Positions 1 to 9,424 of a stretch of 64,000 nucleotides of DNA are shown one piece after another. The position numbers and the translations under genes are program-made. The stretch spans positions 1 to 64,000 of the forward strand of contig JBDRLL010000033.1 in assembly GCA_043813075.1 (NCBI GenBank), read 5' to 3'. The notes beneath the pieces were generated by a model. That model was not told the origin of the DNA. It saw nothing but the letters and a program-made list of their open reading frames with translations, and ran no database searches. Numbering within the stretch: position 1 is the first letter of the stretch; each line of letters starts with the position of its first letter. This DNA is from Candidatus Altiarchaeota archaeon (GTDB taxonomy: Archaea; Altiarchaeota; Altiarchaeia; IMC4; SCGC-AAA252-I15).

Positions 1-526
1 CGACTACATACGCGCAGCATCCATAAACGATGCGGGCATAGCATTGGGGCTGAATAACGGGAGGATAGTGCACTACAACAAGTATGGTGAACAGTCATGG
101 ACGAGGAAGACGGACGACCAGATAGGGACTGTGAGGATGAAGGACAGGACGATACTAGCAGGGCTTAGGGATGGGAAGATTCTCGTATTCCACGATGACG
201 GGGACCTAGTGTACTCCCAGGACCTTGGTAGTGGAGTCGTCTCTGTCGACGGTAACGGGGTATACACGATAGCGGGAACCCTAGACAACCGGGTTTATTT
301 AACAGGGCCGACTGGGATAGTTAAATGGTTCATGGAGTTTGACGGAAGACTAGTGTCCACTTACATGGACTTGGACAACATAATCGTAGGAAGCACTTCA
401 GGCAGGTTAGCATACACTAGGCCGCCGTCACGGACTCCCACAGAGTCGCTTATAATGGGCGCCACCATGATGACGGTGATAGTCGGCGGGCTCTTGGTTT
501 TCATGAGAAATTGGGGGAGATATTGA
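1..526 (+). CDS. PQQ/WD40-like beta-propeller protein with C-terminal TM anchor (5' partial)
   Basis: Frame is open from position 2. Repeated 'G..DG.I..F...G...W' blades and a hydrophobic C-terminal helix followed by RNWGRY. Confidence 0.65.
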   Translation, partial: DYIRAASINDAGIALGLNNGRIVHYNKYGEQSWTRKTDDQIGTVRMKDRTILAGLRDGKILVFHDDGDLVYSQDLGSGVVSVDGNGVYTIAGTLDNRVYLTGPTGIVKWFMEFDGRLVSTYMDLDNIIVGSTSGRLAYTRPPSRTPTESLIMGATMMTVIVGGLLVFMRNWGRY

Positions 527-1696
527 ATGGAGGTGGGTGTTGTCGGGAAGCCGAACGTGGGTAAGTCGACTTTCTTCAAGGCGCTGACGCTCGCTGACGC
601 TGAGATAGCCGCCTTCCCTTTCACGACAATCAAGGCCAACGTGGGTGTCGGCTACGTGAAGAGCAGGTGTCCATGCGGGGAATTCAAGGTGCAGTGCAGC
701 CCTAAGAACGGCTTGTGCGTTGGGGGTTCACGGTTCACTCCAATCAAGATTATTGACGTGGCAGGGCTTGTGCCGGGAGCCCATGAGGGAAAGGGCCTTG
801 GAAACCAGTTCATGGACGACCTCCGGCAGGCGGACGCGCTCGTGCACGTGGTGGACGTGAGCGGTAGGACTGATGACAGGGGAGAGGCGTGTGAGGGGCA
901 TGACCCTGAATTGGACGTCAGATTCCTGGAGGACGAGATAAACCTCTGGTTCGCAGGGATTATAGGGAAGAACTGGGGGAAGATAAGGGGGAAGGTGCAG
1001 CACGGCAACGCGAAGGTCGTCAGGGAGTTGACCGAGCAGTTGTCTGGACTGCAGGTTACCGAGGCTCACGTTAAGAAGGCTTTGACTGAGACGGGATTGG
1101 GTGATAAGCTGGATTGGGGTGAGGAGGACATAAACGCCTTTGCAGTTAGGCTTAGGGGTATTTCAAAGCCGATACTGATAGCTGCGAACAAGATAGACTT
1201 GGGCGGGGAGAACTACGAGAGGCTCAAGGAGAAGTATGGGATGATACCGGTATGCGCTGAGGCTGAGCTGGCGCTAAGGGAGGCCGACGCCCACGGCATG
1301 ATAGAATATACGCCAGGGGAGGCGGGGTTCACTGTTAAGGGAGAGCTGCAGGAGAAGCAGGCGAAGGCGCTGGAGTTTGTGAGTGAGAGGATACTTAAGA
1401 GGTATGGTTCCACCGGAGTCCAGGAGTGCCTTAACAAGGCAGTCTACGAGGTCCTGGATCTTATCACAGTCTATCCCGTTGAAAACGAGGGCAAGCTGGC
1501 GGACGGGAAGGGTAATGTGCTGCCTGACTCATTCCTAATGCCGAGGGGGTCTACGACACTTGACCTGGCGTATAAAGTGCATTCCGACATCGGCGACAAA
1601 TTCATAGGGGCTGTGGACTGCAGGACAAAACAGAAGGTTGGGAGAGACCATGAGCTCAAAGACTGTGACGTGATAAAGATAATAGCAGGAAGATAA
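527..1696 (+). CDS. ychF: Redox-regulated ATPase/GTPase YchF (archaeal Obg-family)
   Basis: GKPNVGKST, FPFTTI, DVAGLV, NKID motifs and C-terminal TGS domain. Confidence 0.95.
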   Translation: MEVGVVGKPNVGKSTFFKALTLADAEIAAFPFTTIKANVGVGYVKSRCPCGEFKVQCSPKNGLCVGGSRFTPIKIIDVAGLVPGAHEGKGLGNQFMDDLRQADALVHVVDVSGRTDDRGEACEGHDPELDVRFLEDEINLWFAGIIGKNWGKIRGKVQHGNAKVVRELTEQLSGLQVTEAHVKKALTETGLGDKLDWGEEDINAFAVRLRGISKPILIAANKIDLGGENYERLKEKYGMIPVCAEAELALREADAHGMIEYTPGEAGFTVKGELQEKQAKALEFVSERILKRYGSTGVQECLNKAVYEVLDLITVYPVENEGKLADGKGNVLPDSFLMPRGSTTLDLAYKVHSDIGDKFIGAVDCRTKQKVGRDHELKDCDVIKIIAGR

Positions 1697-1749
1697 GAGA
1701 GATACAGAATAAGAATTATTTGTATATTATAAGATATTTTTGTATTGTA

Positions 1750-2532
1750 TCAATTGTCTTCCCATGCATCCCTGAGTTTTTCCATGCTGACCCGTATATA
1801 ATCCCTGTCGTCAGCGTGAATCTCCAGGGTTATTGTATTGTCAAAGCCAGAAGACTTGAGTATGGAAACCACTTCAGACAAATCAATCTTGCCCACACCC
1901 AACGGCAGATGGTCGTCGTGGTGGCCCATATTGTCGTGTAGATGAACGTGGAGAAGACGGTCGCCGAACTCGCCGACAAGATGCCGGACATGCTCCATAT
2001 TATGAGACCCCATGAATGCGTGGCCCACATCCAGCGTGAACTTCAATTCAGGTAGCCTGCGAAAGATATCCCCCATAGCATCAGTGCTTATGTGAGCCTT
2101 CTCGAAATTCTCAAAACACAATTCCAGACCCAACTCCCCAGCACGCTCGAGAATCAGCCCAAGTGAGCTGACAGTGAGTTCCAGCAGTTCGCTCTTAGGC
2201 CTGTGGAGGGTCAGGAAATCCGGGTGGATGGTTACGTGCCATGCCCTGAGCAAGGACGCGGCCTCAAGTACCCTGAACGCCTCACCCACAAAGGCGTCGC
2301 GCAAGTCAGGGTAGGGGCTTGCTATCTGGAGGAACCAGGGCATGTGAGCCACCAGAGACATGTTTTTTTCGCGGAGGAATTTCATCAAACCGCTTTTGGC
2401 TTCACCGACTTTCTCGGGCGTGGCCTCTGGAGCCTCTATCGTCAGGTCAATGAAGTCCAGCCCGAAGCCTGAGAATAGGGTTAACTCTTCCAGGACGTTG
2501 TTCCTGGGATTGTTCATGGAGCCTACCCTCAT
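1750..2532 (-). CDS. Xylose isomerase-like/AP endonuclease 2 family TIM-barrel metalloenzyme
   Basis: AHMP, IHP, FEN, LDVGH, HVHLHDN, DDHLP, TLE metal-ligand pattern. Confidence 0.85.
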   Translation of the reverse strand: MRVGSMNNPRNNVLEELTLFSGFGLDFIDLTIEAPEATPEKVGEAKSGLMKFLREKNMSLVAHMPWFLQIASPYPDLRDAFVGEAFRVLEAASLLRAWHVTIHPDFLTLHRPKSELLELTVSSLGLILERAGELGLELCFENFEKAHISTDAMGDIFRRLPELKFTLDVGHAFMGSHNMEHVRHLVGEFGDRLLHVHLHDNMGHHDDHLPLGVGKIDLSEVVSILKSSGFDNTITLEIHADDRDYIRVSMEKLRDAWEDN

Positions 2533-3014
2533 AACCGGCCCTCCAGTTTGAGCAGCTTCTTCTTCAATTCAAGCGAAGGCGTGAAGCCGCCGAGACCGTC
2601 AGAGGCGAGAACCCTATGGCATGGGACTATCAGGGGTATTGGGTTTGCCTTTAACGCACTGCCCACCGCCCGTGAAGCATGAGGCACGCCTATCGACTCG
2701 GCAACCCACCCATAGGTCCTGGTCTCACCGTAGGGTATGCTGGAGGCAGCCTCATAAACCTTCTTCTGGAATTCTGTCGCTCCGGGGAGTTTGACTTGGA
2801 CCTGGCTGAAGTCCGCTTCACGGCCTGAAAAGTAGTCTGAGAGAAGCTCGTCTAAAATCCTCAGCCCGCCGCCGTTGCCGTCTTCAATACCGTATTTGCG
2901 CATCAGCTCCTCGCTCGAAGCGTGCGGCAGGTAGACGCGGTCCACAGCCGGGCCTTCCATGCCGTACCCCATCCATCCTGCACGCGTCTTCAAGACGCGT
3001 ATCAAATCACTCAT
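2529..3014 (-). CDS. ogt: Methylated-DNA--protein-cysteine methyltransferase
   Basis: IPYGETRTY, RAVG, NPIPLIVPCHRV active-site motif. Confidence 0.95.
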   Translation of the reverse strand: MSDLIRVLKTRAGWMGYGMEGPAVDRVYLPHASSEELMRKYGIEDGNGGGLRILDELLSDYFSGREADFSQVQVKLPGATEFQKKVYEAASSIPYGETRTYGWVAESIGVPHASRAVGSALKANPIPLIVPCHRVLASDGLGGFTPSLELKKKLLKLEGRL

Positions 3015-3393
3015 TTTTCAGAAACCTCTTGAATAAACCTATAATCGATTGGAACGCATCCTCGTCTATCTCTGGAGCGTGGAGTTCTCCGGTGAAAGGG
3101 CATATGAAAAGGGACCTTACTTTGTCGCCGTCCCTGAATTTGACTTCAATACTCCGCCACATCATGCTGCCGGAATCCTTGACATAGTATATGTCCCCCA
3201 TCCGTATACGCTTGAACTTTCCACCGCACGCTTCTGTGCCGCCATGGTAGAAGCAGTTGTCTGTCAGTATTAACACTGCCGGGATGTTCCCTGAAGGCAT
3301 GTACTTGCTGTCCCTCACGAGTATCTGGGACGTGTGCATCGAATCCGACCTAGCCAGCTCCTCCTTCACCACCCCAAAATCAACTAGAGTCAT
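3007..3393 (-). CDS. Hypothetical protein, possible PH-like fold
   Basis: Coupled ORF within an operon. 'LILTD..FY' strand pattern and a terminal helix. Confidence 0.6.
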   Translation of the reverse strand: MTLVDFGVVKEELARSDSMHTSQILVRDSKYMPSGNIPAVLILTDNCFYHGGTEACGGKFKRIRMGDIYYVKDSGSMMWRSIEVKFRDGDKVRSLFICPFTGELHAPEIDEDAFQSIIGLFKRFLKNE

Positions 3394-3999
3394 CTACATC
3401 ATCTCCAGGAAGTATTCATGCAGCCTCAAGTCGCCGGTCAACTCCGGGTGGAATGAGACTGCGAGCATGTTATCCTGTCTTGCCATAACAATCTTGGAAT
3501 CATAGAAACTTAAAGCATTCGCCCCTCCCCAAACCATCTCGATGGCTGGAGCCCTTATGAACACGCCGTGATACGGGCGTTCACCGAGCACTGGTATGTC
3601 CAATTCAGCCTCAAAAGACTCTCTCTGACGGCCAAACGCGTTTCGAGAGACCTTGACGTCCATGAGCGAGAGCAGAGGCTGGCCGGTCTTCAGAACCTGG
3701 CTGTTACCCTCTTTCGCAAGCAGCACCAATCCCGCGCACGTACCCAATATCGGAACGCCATCGCCGGCGATCTGCCTGATGGCGTCGTCCATGCCGTACT
3801 TTTTCACGAGCATCCCCACTGTCGTCGACTCGCCGCCGGGTATGACGAGAGCAGACAGGCTCCGCATCAATCCGGGATCCTTTATCCCGCACACACGAGC
3901 CTTCAGGCCAAGCGAAGAGACCGCATTCTCAAGCGAGGAGATGTGCTCTGACACGTCACCCTGAACATCCAATACGCCAACTTTCACGTCAAAACACAA
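3394..3999 (-). CDS. pdxT: PLP synthase glutaminase subunit (start may be GTG at 3987)
   Basis: QGDVSEH, IPGGEST, GTCAG, RNAFGRQRESF, FHPEL. Confidence 0.96.
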   Translation of the reverse strand: MCFDVKVGVLDVQGDVSEHISSLENAVSSLGLKARVCGIKDPGLMRSLSALVIPGGESTTVGMLVKKYGMDDAIRQIAGDGVPILGTCAGLVLLAKEGNSQVLKTGQPLLSLMDVKVSRNAFGRQRESFEAELDIPVLGERPYHGVFIRAPAIEMVWGGANALSFYDSKIVMARQDNMLAVSFHPELTGDLRLHEYFLEMM

Positions 4000-4013
4000 G
4001 ATGACTAGGACTG

Positions 4014-4802
4014 CTACTTAATAAGCTTGTACCCCTTAAGCAGGTCAGTCCGAGTCACAATACCCTTCAGCTCCCCGTTAACGACAGGAAGGCTGCCTAT
4101 ACCCTTCTCCACCATAAGTCCGGCAGCCTCGGCAGAATCCTGCTTCTCGCTTATGGTTATGAGACTGCGGGTCATAACATCCTCTGCGATGAGCATGCTA
4201 AGGGCGTCAACCCTCCCGCACGTCTTCTTCTCCCTGAATATGTTTAAGCTCAGATCCCTTATCGTTATTATCCCGGAGAGATTCTTCCCCTCCATCACCA
4301 GGACGCTCTTCGTCCCCGAAGACTTGACTTCCGCGATAACGCTCTCCAATGTGTCGTAGGACTCGACTGTGGGCGGATTATAATGCATTATGTCCCTGAC
4401 CTTGAACCTGCCCTTCATATCCTTCGCGTAAAGCTCTGTCAACTCTGTCTTTGATAAGACACCAACCAGACGGCCTTCAGAGATGACGGGCAGCCGGTCC
4501 AACTGCTTGGGGAGATCCTGGAGCTTGTCCACAGCCGCGAATATGTCCTCATCAGCCTTTAAGGGTATGATGTTAGCCTCCATGAAGTCTTTCACCAGGC
4601 AGGACTCCATGTGGGTGTCACCACCTAACACGTGAAGGTTGGCTATGAAAGTCTCCTTGCTGACTACCCCAAGTATCTTGGAGTCGCTGAGGACGACAGC
4701 GCCGCTAAGGTTCTTCTTATCAAGCTCAGTGCCCACGTCAACGACATTGTCGTCTGGGCCAACAGTAAGATAATCCTTCGACATTACGTCTGACACATTC
4801 AT
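4014..4802 (-). CDS. CBS domain protein (four CBS repeats)
   Basis: VSDVMS / VKDFM / VRDIM / AEDVMT starts and LPV..G.L.G motifs. Confidence 0.9.
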   Translation of the reverse strand: MNVSDVMSKDYLTVGPDDNVVDVGTELDKKNLSGAVVLSDSKILGVVSKETFIANLHVLGGDTHMESCLVKDFMEANIIPLKADEDIFAAVDKLQDLPKQLDRLPVISEGRLVGVLSKTELTELYAKDMKGRFKVRDIMHYNPPTVESYDTLESVIAEVKSSGTKSVLVMEGKNLSGIITIRDLSLNIFREKKTCGRVDALSMLIAEDVMTRSLITISEKQDSAEAAGLMVEKGIGSLPVVNGELKGIVTRTDLLKGYKLIK

Positions 4803-5680
4803 CAGACACCCCGCTCTTGGAGCCTCTGCTCGAGGAGGCTTATCTCAAGACCCTTCATCGCATCGCCAAGACCCCTGCTGACTTCAAGAAGGATGTCTGG
4901 CTTGTCGTAGTGGAGGGTGGCTTCGACTATCGCTTTTGCCATCAGCTCTGGCTGCTGGCTCTTGAATATGCCTGAACCCACGAAGTTGCCGTCAGCCCCC
5001 AACTGCATCATCAATGATGCGTCCGCTGGGGTTGCTATGCCGCCGGCGCTGAAGTTTACGACTGGAAGCCGGCCCTGCTTTTTTACTTCCCTGACCAGGT
5101 CTATTGGGGCCATTATCACCTTCGCCTCTGAATACAGTTCGTCGTCGCTCATGGACTTTATCTTGCTTATCTCGCTTATTACGGCACGCATGTGGCGTAC
5201 AGCCTCCACTATGTTTCCAGTGCCTGCCTCGCCCTTGGTGCGTATCATCGCCGCCCCCTCGCTTATGCGCCTCAACGCCTCGCCCAGGTCTCTGGCACCG
5301 CACACGAAGGGTATCGTGAACTTTGTCTTGTCCACGTGATTCTTCTCGTCCGCAGGGGTTAGCACCTCGCTCTCATCCACCATGTCCACGCCAATCTCCT
5401 GTAGTATCTGCGCTTCCGCGAAGTGCCCTATACGGCACTTGGCCATAACAGGAATGGTCACTGAATCAAGGATCTCCTGTATCTTAACTGGGTCTGCCAT
5501 GCGCGCCACACCACCGGAGGCGCGTATGTCGGCTGGAACCCTCTCTAACGCCATTACAGCGCACGCACCCGCATCCTCTGCGATAACTGCCTGTTGGGCG
5601 TTGGTGACGTCCATCACCACACCACGCTTCACCATCTTGGCGAAGCCCTCCTTCAGAAGCCTGGTACCGTGCTTAGCCAT
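4802..5680 (-). CDS. pdxS: PLP synthase lyase subunit
   Basis: [46 protein letters not shown] upstream. Confidence 0.98.
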   Translation of the reverse strand: MAKHGTRLLKEGFAKMVKRGVVMDVTNAQQAVIAEDAGACAVMALERVPADIRASGGVARMADPVKIQEILDSVTIPVMAKCRIGHFAEAQILQEIGVDMVDESEVLTPADEKNHVDKTKFTIPFVCGARDLGEALRRISEGAAMIRTKGEAGTGNIVEAVRHMRAVISEISKIKSMSDDELYSEAKVIMAPIDLVREVKKQGRLPVVNFSAGGIATPADASLMMQLGADGNFVGSGIFKSQQPELMAKAIVEATLHYDKPDILLEVSRGLGDAMKGLEISLLEQRLQERGV

Positions 5681-5760
5681 AATACATCACCCTTGGGCAT
5701 ATATTACAATAAATTAGAATATAAATGGGCCCTGATTTTCAAGCCCGACTATAGCAGTCG

Positions 5761-6453
5761 TTAAAGTTGGCTGTGGATTTCCATGAGCTCCGTGGGGGAG
5801 AGCTCGTAGGGCCTCTTATCCGAGTGTCTGCCAGCATAACCCGTTATGATGTTCCTGATGGTCTTGTTCCGGTGGTTGAAGAGGTTGTTCAGGAATTCCG
5901 CGTACTCTGCCGTCGGCTTATGCTGCTGCAGGAGTCTGACTGCTGTCGACCATACTTTTGGCGGGGGTTCGAAAGACTCTGGAGGTATCTTCTCAAGCAA
6001 TTCTATTTCTCCGGTGGATTGCGTTAGCGCGGATATCATGCGGTAGTTCCCGTCGCCGGCTCCTGCAGCCAGTTTCTCTGCGAACTCCTTCTGGACGACG
6101 AGGACTGCGGACTCGAACCCGTGCAGGATGAGTTTTTTTACAAGCCTCCTGCTGATGCTGTAGGGGATGTTTGACACCATCTTGTTGAAAGCGGGGAAAT
6201 CGGTTTTTAACGCGTCACCATGTATGGCATGCACGTTAGGGGAGTCTGTGAACCTTTCCTCAAGCGTGCCGTAGAATTCAGTGTTCTTCTCGACAGCGAA
6301 CACTGTTCCCGCCAGACGGGATAGGTGTTCTGTTAGGTTGCCTGTGCCAGCACCGACCTCCAGCACCACATCGTCCTCAGTGAGGGTGGCGTAACCGCAT
6401 ATGCGCTCCAGGAGCTCCTCGTCGACCATGAAGTGCTCGTCAGTCTTCGCCAT
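5761..6453 (-). CDS. rsmA: 16S rRNA adenine dimethyltransferase KsgA/Dim1
   Basis: EHF, LEVGAGTG, SNIPY, FEPPPKV. Start moved to ATG at 6453. Confidence 0.93.
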   Translation of the reverse strand: MAKTDEHFMVDEELLERICGYATLTEDDVVLEVGAGTGNLTEHLSRLAGTVFAVEKNTEFYGTLEERFTDSPNVHAIHGDALKTDFPAFNKMVSNIPYSISRRLVKKLILHGFESAVLVVQKEFAEKLAAGAGDGNYRMISALTQSTGEIELLEKIPPESFEPPPKVWSTAVRLLQQHKPTAEYAEFLNNLFNHRNKTIRNIITGYAGRHSDKRPYELSPTELMEIHSQL

Positions 6454-6490
6454 ACTATATTTAACTAATCGACTCCAAGCCATTAATAGT

Positions 6491-7258
6491 ATGCATTGGA
6501 AGCAGCACTACAGGGACATCGTCATGATGCTGGAGCTTGACGTGGAGAAGGACATGTGGTCAAGGCAGGTGATACACGACATGGTCGGCGACCTCGGGCT
6601 GGATGGCCTAAGGAGTATCATAGAAGGTAATGATGTCATGGTGTACGGTTGCGGTCCGAGCCTGGAGAAGGACGTGCGGGTCATGCACGAGACCGGGAGG
6701 CACAAGGATTTCGTGAACGTTGCCGTTGACGGCGCTGTGAAAGCCCTCTTGGAGTGCAACATCATACCGGACATCAATGTGACCGACTTGGACGGGGACA
6801 TCGAGTACATACTGAAGGCCGGCAGGTACGGGTGCGTTACGGTAGTGCACGCTCACGGGGATAACGTGAAGGCTTTGAGGAAGTACGTGCCCCATATGGA
6901 GGGCAGGGTCTACGCGACCACCCAGAATGAGCCTACTGACAGGGTCCATAATTTCGGTGGTTTCACTGACGGCGACAGGGCGGTCCATCTTGTAGAGCAC
7001 TTCAAGCCCAAGAACATCGTGCTGGCTGGCATGGACTTCGGGAATGTCGTCGGCATATACTCGGGAGTATACGACAGCGTGATGAAGCCGAGGAAACTGG
7101 AGATAGGCAAGGAGTTGCTGGAGAGGCTGGCCAGCGCATCCAACATCCCAATGTACAACGCCACTTCAAGCGGCGAGGACATCAAGGGCATCAGGAAGGT
7201 AGATTTCAGCGAGCTGGACGCCATCATCCAGAAGGGTTTTAGGATGAAAGCACCCTAA
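6491..7258 (+). CDS. mptE: 6-hydroxymethyl-7,8-dihydropterin pyrophosphokinase MptE-like (DUF115)
   Basis: GCGPSL, VDGA, VTDLDG, HAHGDN, NFGGFTDGDRA, GMDFG. Start moved to ATG at 6491. Confidence 0.88.
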   Translation: MHWKQHYRDIVMMLELDVEKDMWSRQVIHDMVGDLGLDGLRSIIEGNDVMVYGCGPSLEKDVRVMHETGRHKDFVNVAVDGAVKALLECNIIPDINVTDLDGDIEYILKAGRYGCVTVVHAHGDNVKALRKYVPHMEGRVYATTQNEPTDRVHNFGGFTDGDRAVHLVEHFKPKNIVLAGMDFGNVVGIYSGVYDSVMKPRKLEIGKELLERLASASNIPMYNATSSGEDIKGIRKVDFSELDAIIQKGFRMKAP

Positions 7259-7268
7259 TTCTATTACA

Positions 7269-7454
7269 GTGTCTCACATCGACCCGGAGGACTTGGCGCC
7301 TGGAGGAAGCGTCGAACTGGTTGTCAGACGGCGGAAAGAGAGGATACTATTCAATCCTGTTGAAGGCTCCAGGAGGCTGGAGGGTATTGAGCCGGTCACA
7401 GACAGTGTTGGGAGAAACCTTGAGGGAGTCAGGATACTGTTAAACAAGGTTTAG
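7269..7454 (+). CDS. Small hypothetical protein (61 aa)
   Basis: Fills the gap between mptE and the KaiC-like gene, with coding-like purine bias and a GTG start. Confidence 0.4.
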   Translation: MSHIDPEDLAPGGSVELVVRRRKERILFNPVEGSRRLEGIEPVTDSVGRNLEGVRILLNKV

Positions 7455-7514
7455 GGGGTTTTAGCTTCATATTTAATAGTTCACTTTAATAATTAACAAA
7501 TTCGGAGTGTTCTC

Positions 7515-8228
7515 ATGTCTGACAGGTTAAGCACTGGCGTAAAGGAGTTGGACGAAATACTGAACGGCGGGATACCACGCGGGCACTGCGTTCTTCTGGC
7601 AGGAAGCTGCGGCACCGGGAAGACGATACTATGCCAGCAATTCCTGTTCGCCGGCGCGGACGCTGGGGAGGGCGGCACCTACCTCGCCCTGACAGAGCCG
7701 AGAGACAAGGTGGTTAGGAACATACAGAACTTCAAGTTCTTCAAGCAGGAGCATATAGACAACAATAAGGTCAAGGTGGTTGACCTCGTGCAGGACACGA
7801 GGCTCCGCGGCATAGGCTTGAACAATGTGGAGGGCCTTATAGCAATCATAGAGGAGATATTGAAGTCCAACAACAGCAAGAGGCTTGTGATAGACTCGAT
7901 AACAGCGCTATGCGAGAACCTGCTGGAGGGTGAGAAGATAAGGAACTTCATTTTCGAGCTGGCGTTCAGGCTCATGTACCTTAACGTCACCACAATCCTG
8001 ATTTCGGAGATACCCCCGCAGACATTCAAGTACAGCATATTCGGCATCGAAGAGTTCGTCGCGGACGGCGTCATCAGACTGTCCGAGTTCGAGCGAAAGG
8101 GTGACTTGATAAGGTCGCTTCAGGTGATCAAGATGCGGGGGATGGCGCATTCGAGGAACAAGCACGTTATGAAGATACTTGACGAGGGGACGGTACTTGT
8201 CCCAATGTTCAAAGCAGATATGGAGTAG
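7515..8228 (+). CDS. Single-domain KaiC/RAD55-like ATPase
   Basis: STGVKELD..L.GG, GSCGTGKT Walker A, LVIDS Walker B, ADGVI, IKMRG. Confidence 0.92.
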   Translation: MSDRLSTGVKELDEILNGGIPRGHCVLLAGSCGTGKTILCQQFLFAGADAGEGGTYLALTEPRDKVVRNIQNFKFFKQEHIDNNKVKVVDLVQDTRLRGIGLNNVEGLIAIIEEILKSNNSKRLVIDSITALCENLLEGEKIRNFIFELAFRLMYLNVTTILISEIPPQTFKYSIFGIEEFVADGVIRLSEFERKGDLIRSLQVIKMRGMAHSRNKHVMKILDEGTVLVPMFKADME

Positions 8229-8233
8229 TAAGA

Positions 8234-9415
8234 TTGGCCAAGGAAGAAGACGGTAAATGGTATCATGAATACCTCCCGGAGTCGGAGGAGGTTATAGGCG
8301 AGGAGAACATAGGTTTCATGGGCTTCTACAGTGCCCTGGTGACGAAGGAGCGCGTAGTCTTCGTGCGTAGGTTCCCTAAGAAGTCTTTCGTCGAGGTCAG
8401 GCTTGACGAGATAATATCGCTGGAACACCTGACGAGAACACTGTGGGGGGACATGATAAAAGGCACTGCGATGATAGTCGGGTCTGGGCTAATCTACCAG
8501 TACCAGCAGACGGCTGACTTGGTCACACCCATAAAGAACCTGCTGATCAAATATCTGCCGGAACTCTCAGGCATACCAGTCCCGAAGGCGATCCTTTTCT
8601 TCCTCATAGTCATGTCCCTGATGGGAGTGTTCCACATACTCCGTTTCGTACCAAGCAACATAGGAAAACTCAAGATTTCAAGGAAGAACCGCTCTCCCCT
8701 GCTCATACCCACACGGCTTAACAGCAACACAAAGAAGCTGGTTAGGAACATAGAGTCCATGATGACCGAGAAGGACAAGGATAGGGGCAAGCCCATAATA
8801 GTGACTACCGGCATGGGCGGGGCAAGAGAGGAGGATGATAAGATAAGCCCCACAGAGAAGATCAAGAAGAGCCTGGATGAGGGGGTGAAAGGCCTCAGGG
8901 ACCATGCCATCATAATAGCCTCCGCCAAGTCAAAGGACCACGGGCACGTGGTCTCAGCCCTTTTGGAGAACCTGATTAAGGAGAAGGGCATGGGCGGCGT
9001 GTACATAAGCGTGAGCAGGCCCTACGACGACATAATCGAGTTGATTGAAGAGTCCGGGTCTGACAGCAGCAACGTGTTTTTCGTGGACTGCATATCCCAG
9101 ATGGCTGGTAAGCTGCCGGAAGGGGCGGAGAACGTGGTTTTCGTGGAGAATCCCGGGTCTCTTGAGGAAGTCAGCATGTTCCTTGACAGGATGCTGGGTA
9201 AAGTCCAGACCGAGAAGAAGTTCCTGTTCCTGGACTCGCTTTCAAGCCTGCTCATCTACAACAATGACAAGAGCGTGAAGGAGTTCACGCACTTCATGAT
9301 AAACAAGATGCGTTTGGAGAAGATTTCTGGGATAATACTCAGCACCGAGAAGAAGGAGGCTGAGGAGATGGTTAAGACGCTTGTGCCGATGTGCGACACT
9401 GAGATAAGATTCTAG
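8234..9415 (+). CDS. Membrane protein with two TM helices and C-terminal degenerate KaiC/RecA-like domain
   Basis: Two hydrophobic segments. C-terminal VYISV.RP, FVDCIS, FLDSLSSLLIYN, with no Walker A. Confidence 0.75.
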   Translation: MAKEEDGKWYHEYLPESEEVIGEENIGFMGFYSALVTKERVVFVRRFPKKSFVEVRLDEIISLEHLTRTLWGDMIKGTAMIVGSGLIYQYQQTADLVTPIKNLLIKYLPELSGIPVPKAILFFLIVMSLMGVFHILRFVPSNIGKLKISRKNRSPLLIPTRLNSNTKKLVRNIESMMTEKDKDRGKPIIVTTGMGGAREEDDKISPTEKIKKSLDEGVKGLRDHAIIIASAKSKDHGHVVSALLENLIKEKGMGGVYISVSRPYDDIIELIEESGSDSSNVFFVDCISQMAGKLPEGAENVVFVENPGSLEEVSMFLDRMLGKVQTEKKFLFLDSLSSLLIYNNDKSVKEFTHFMINKMRLEKISGIILSTEKKEAEEMVKTLVPMCDTEIRF

Positions 9416-9424
9416 GCGCTATGT

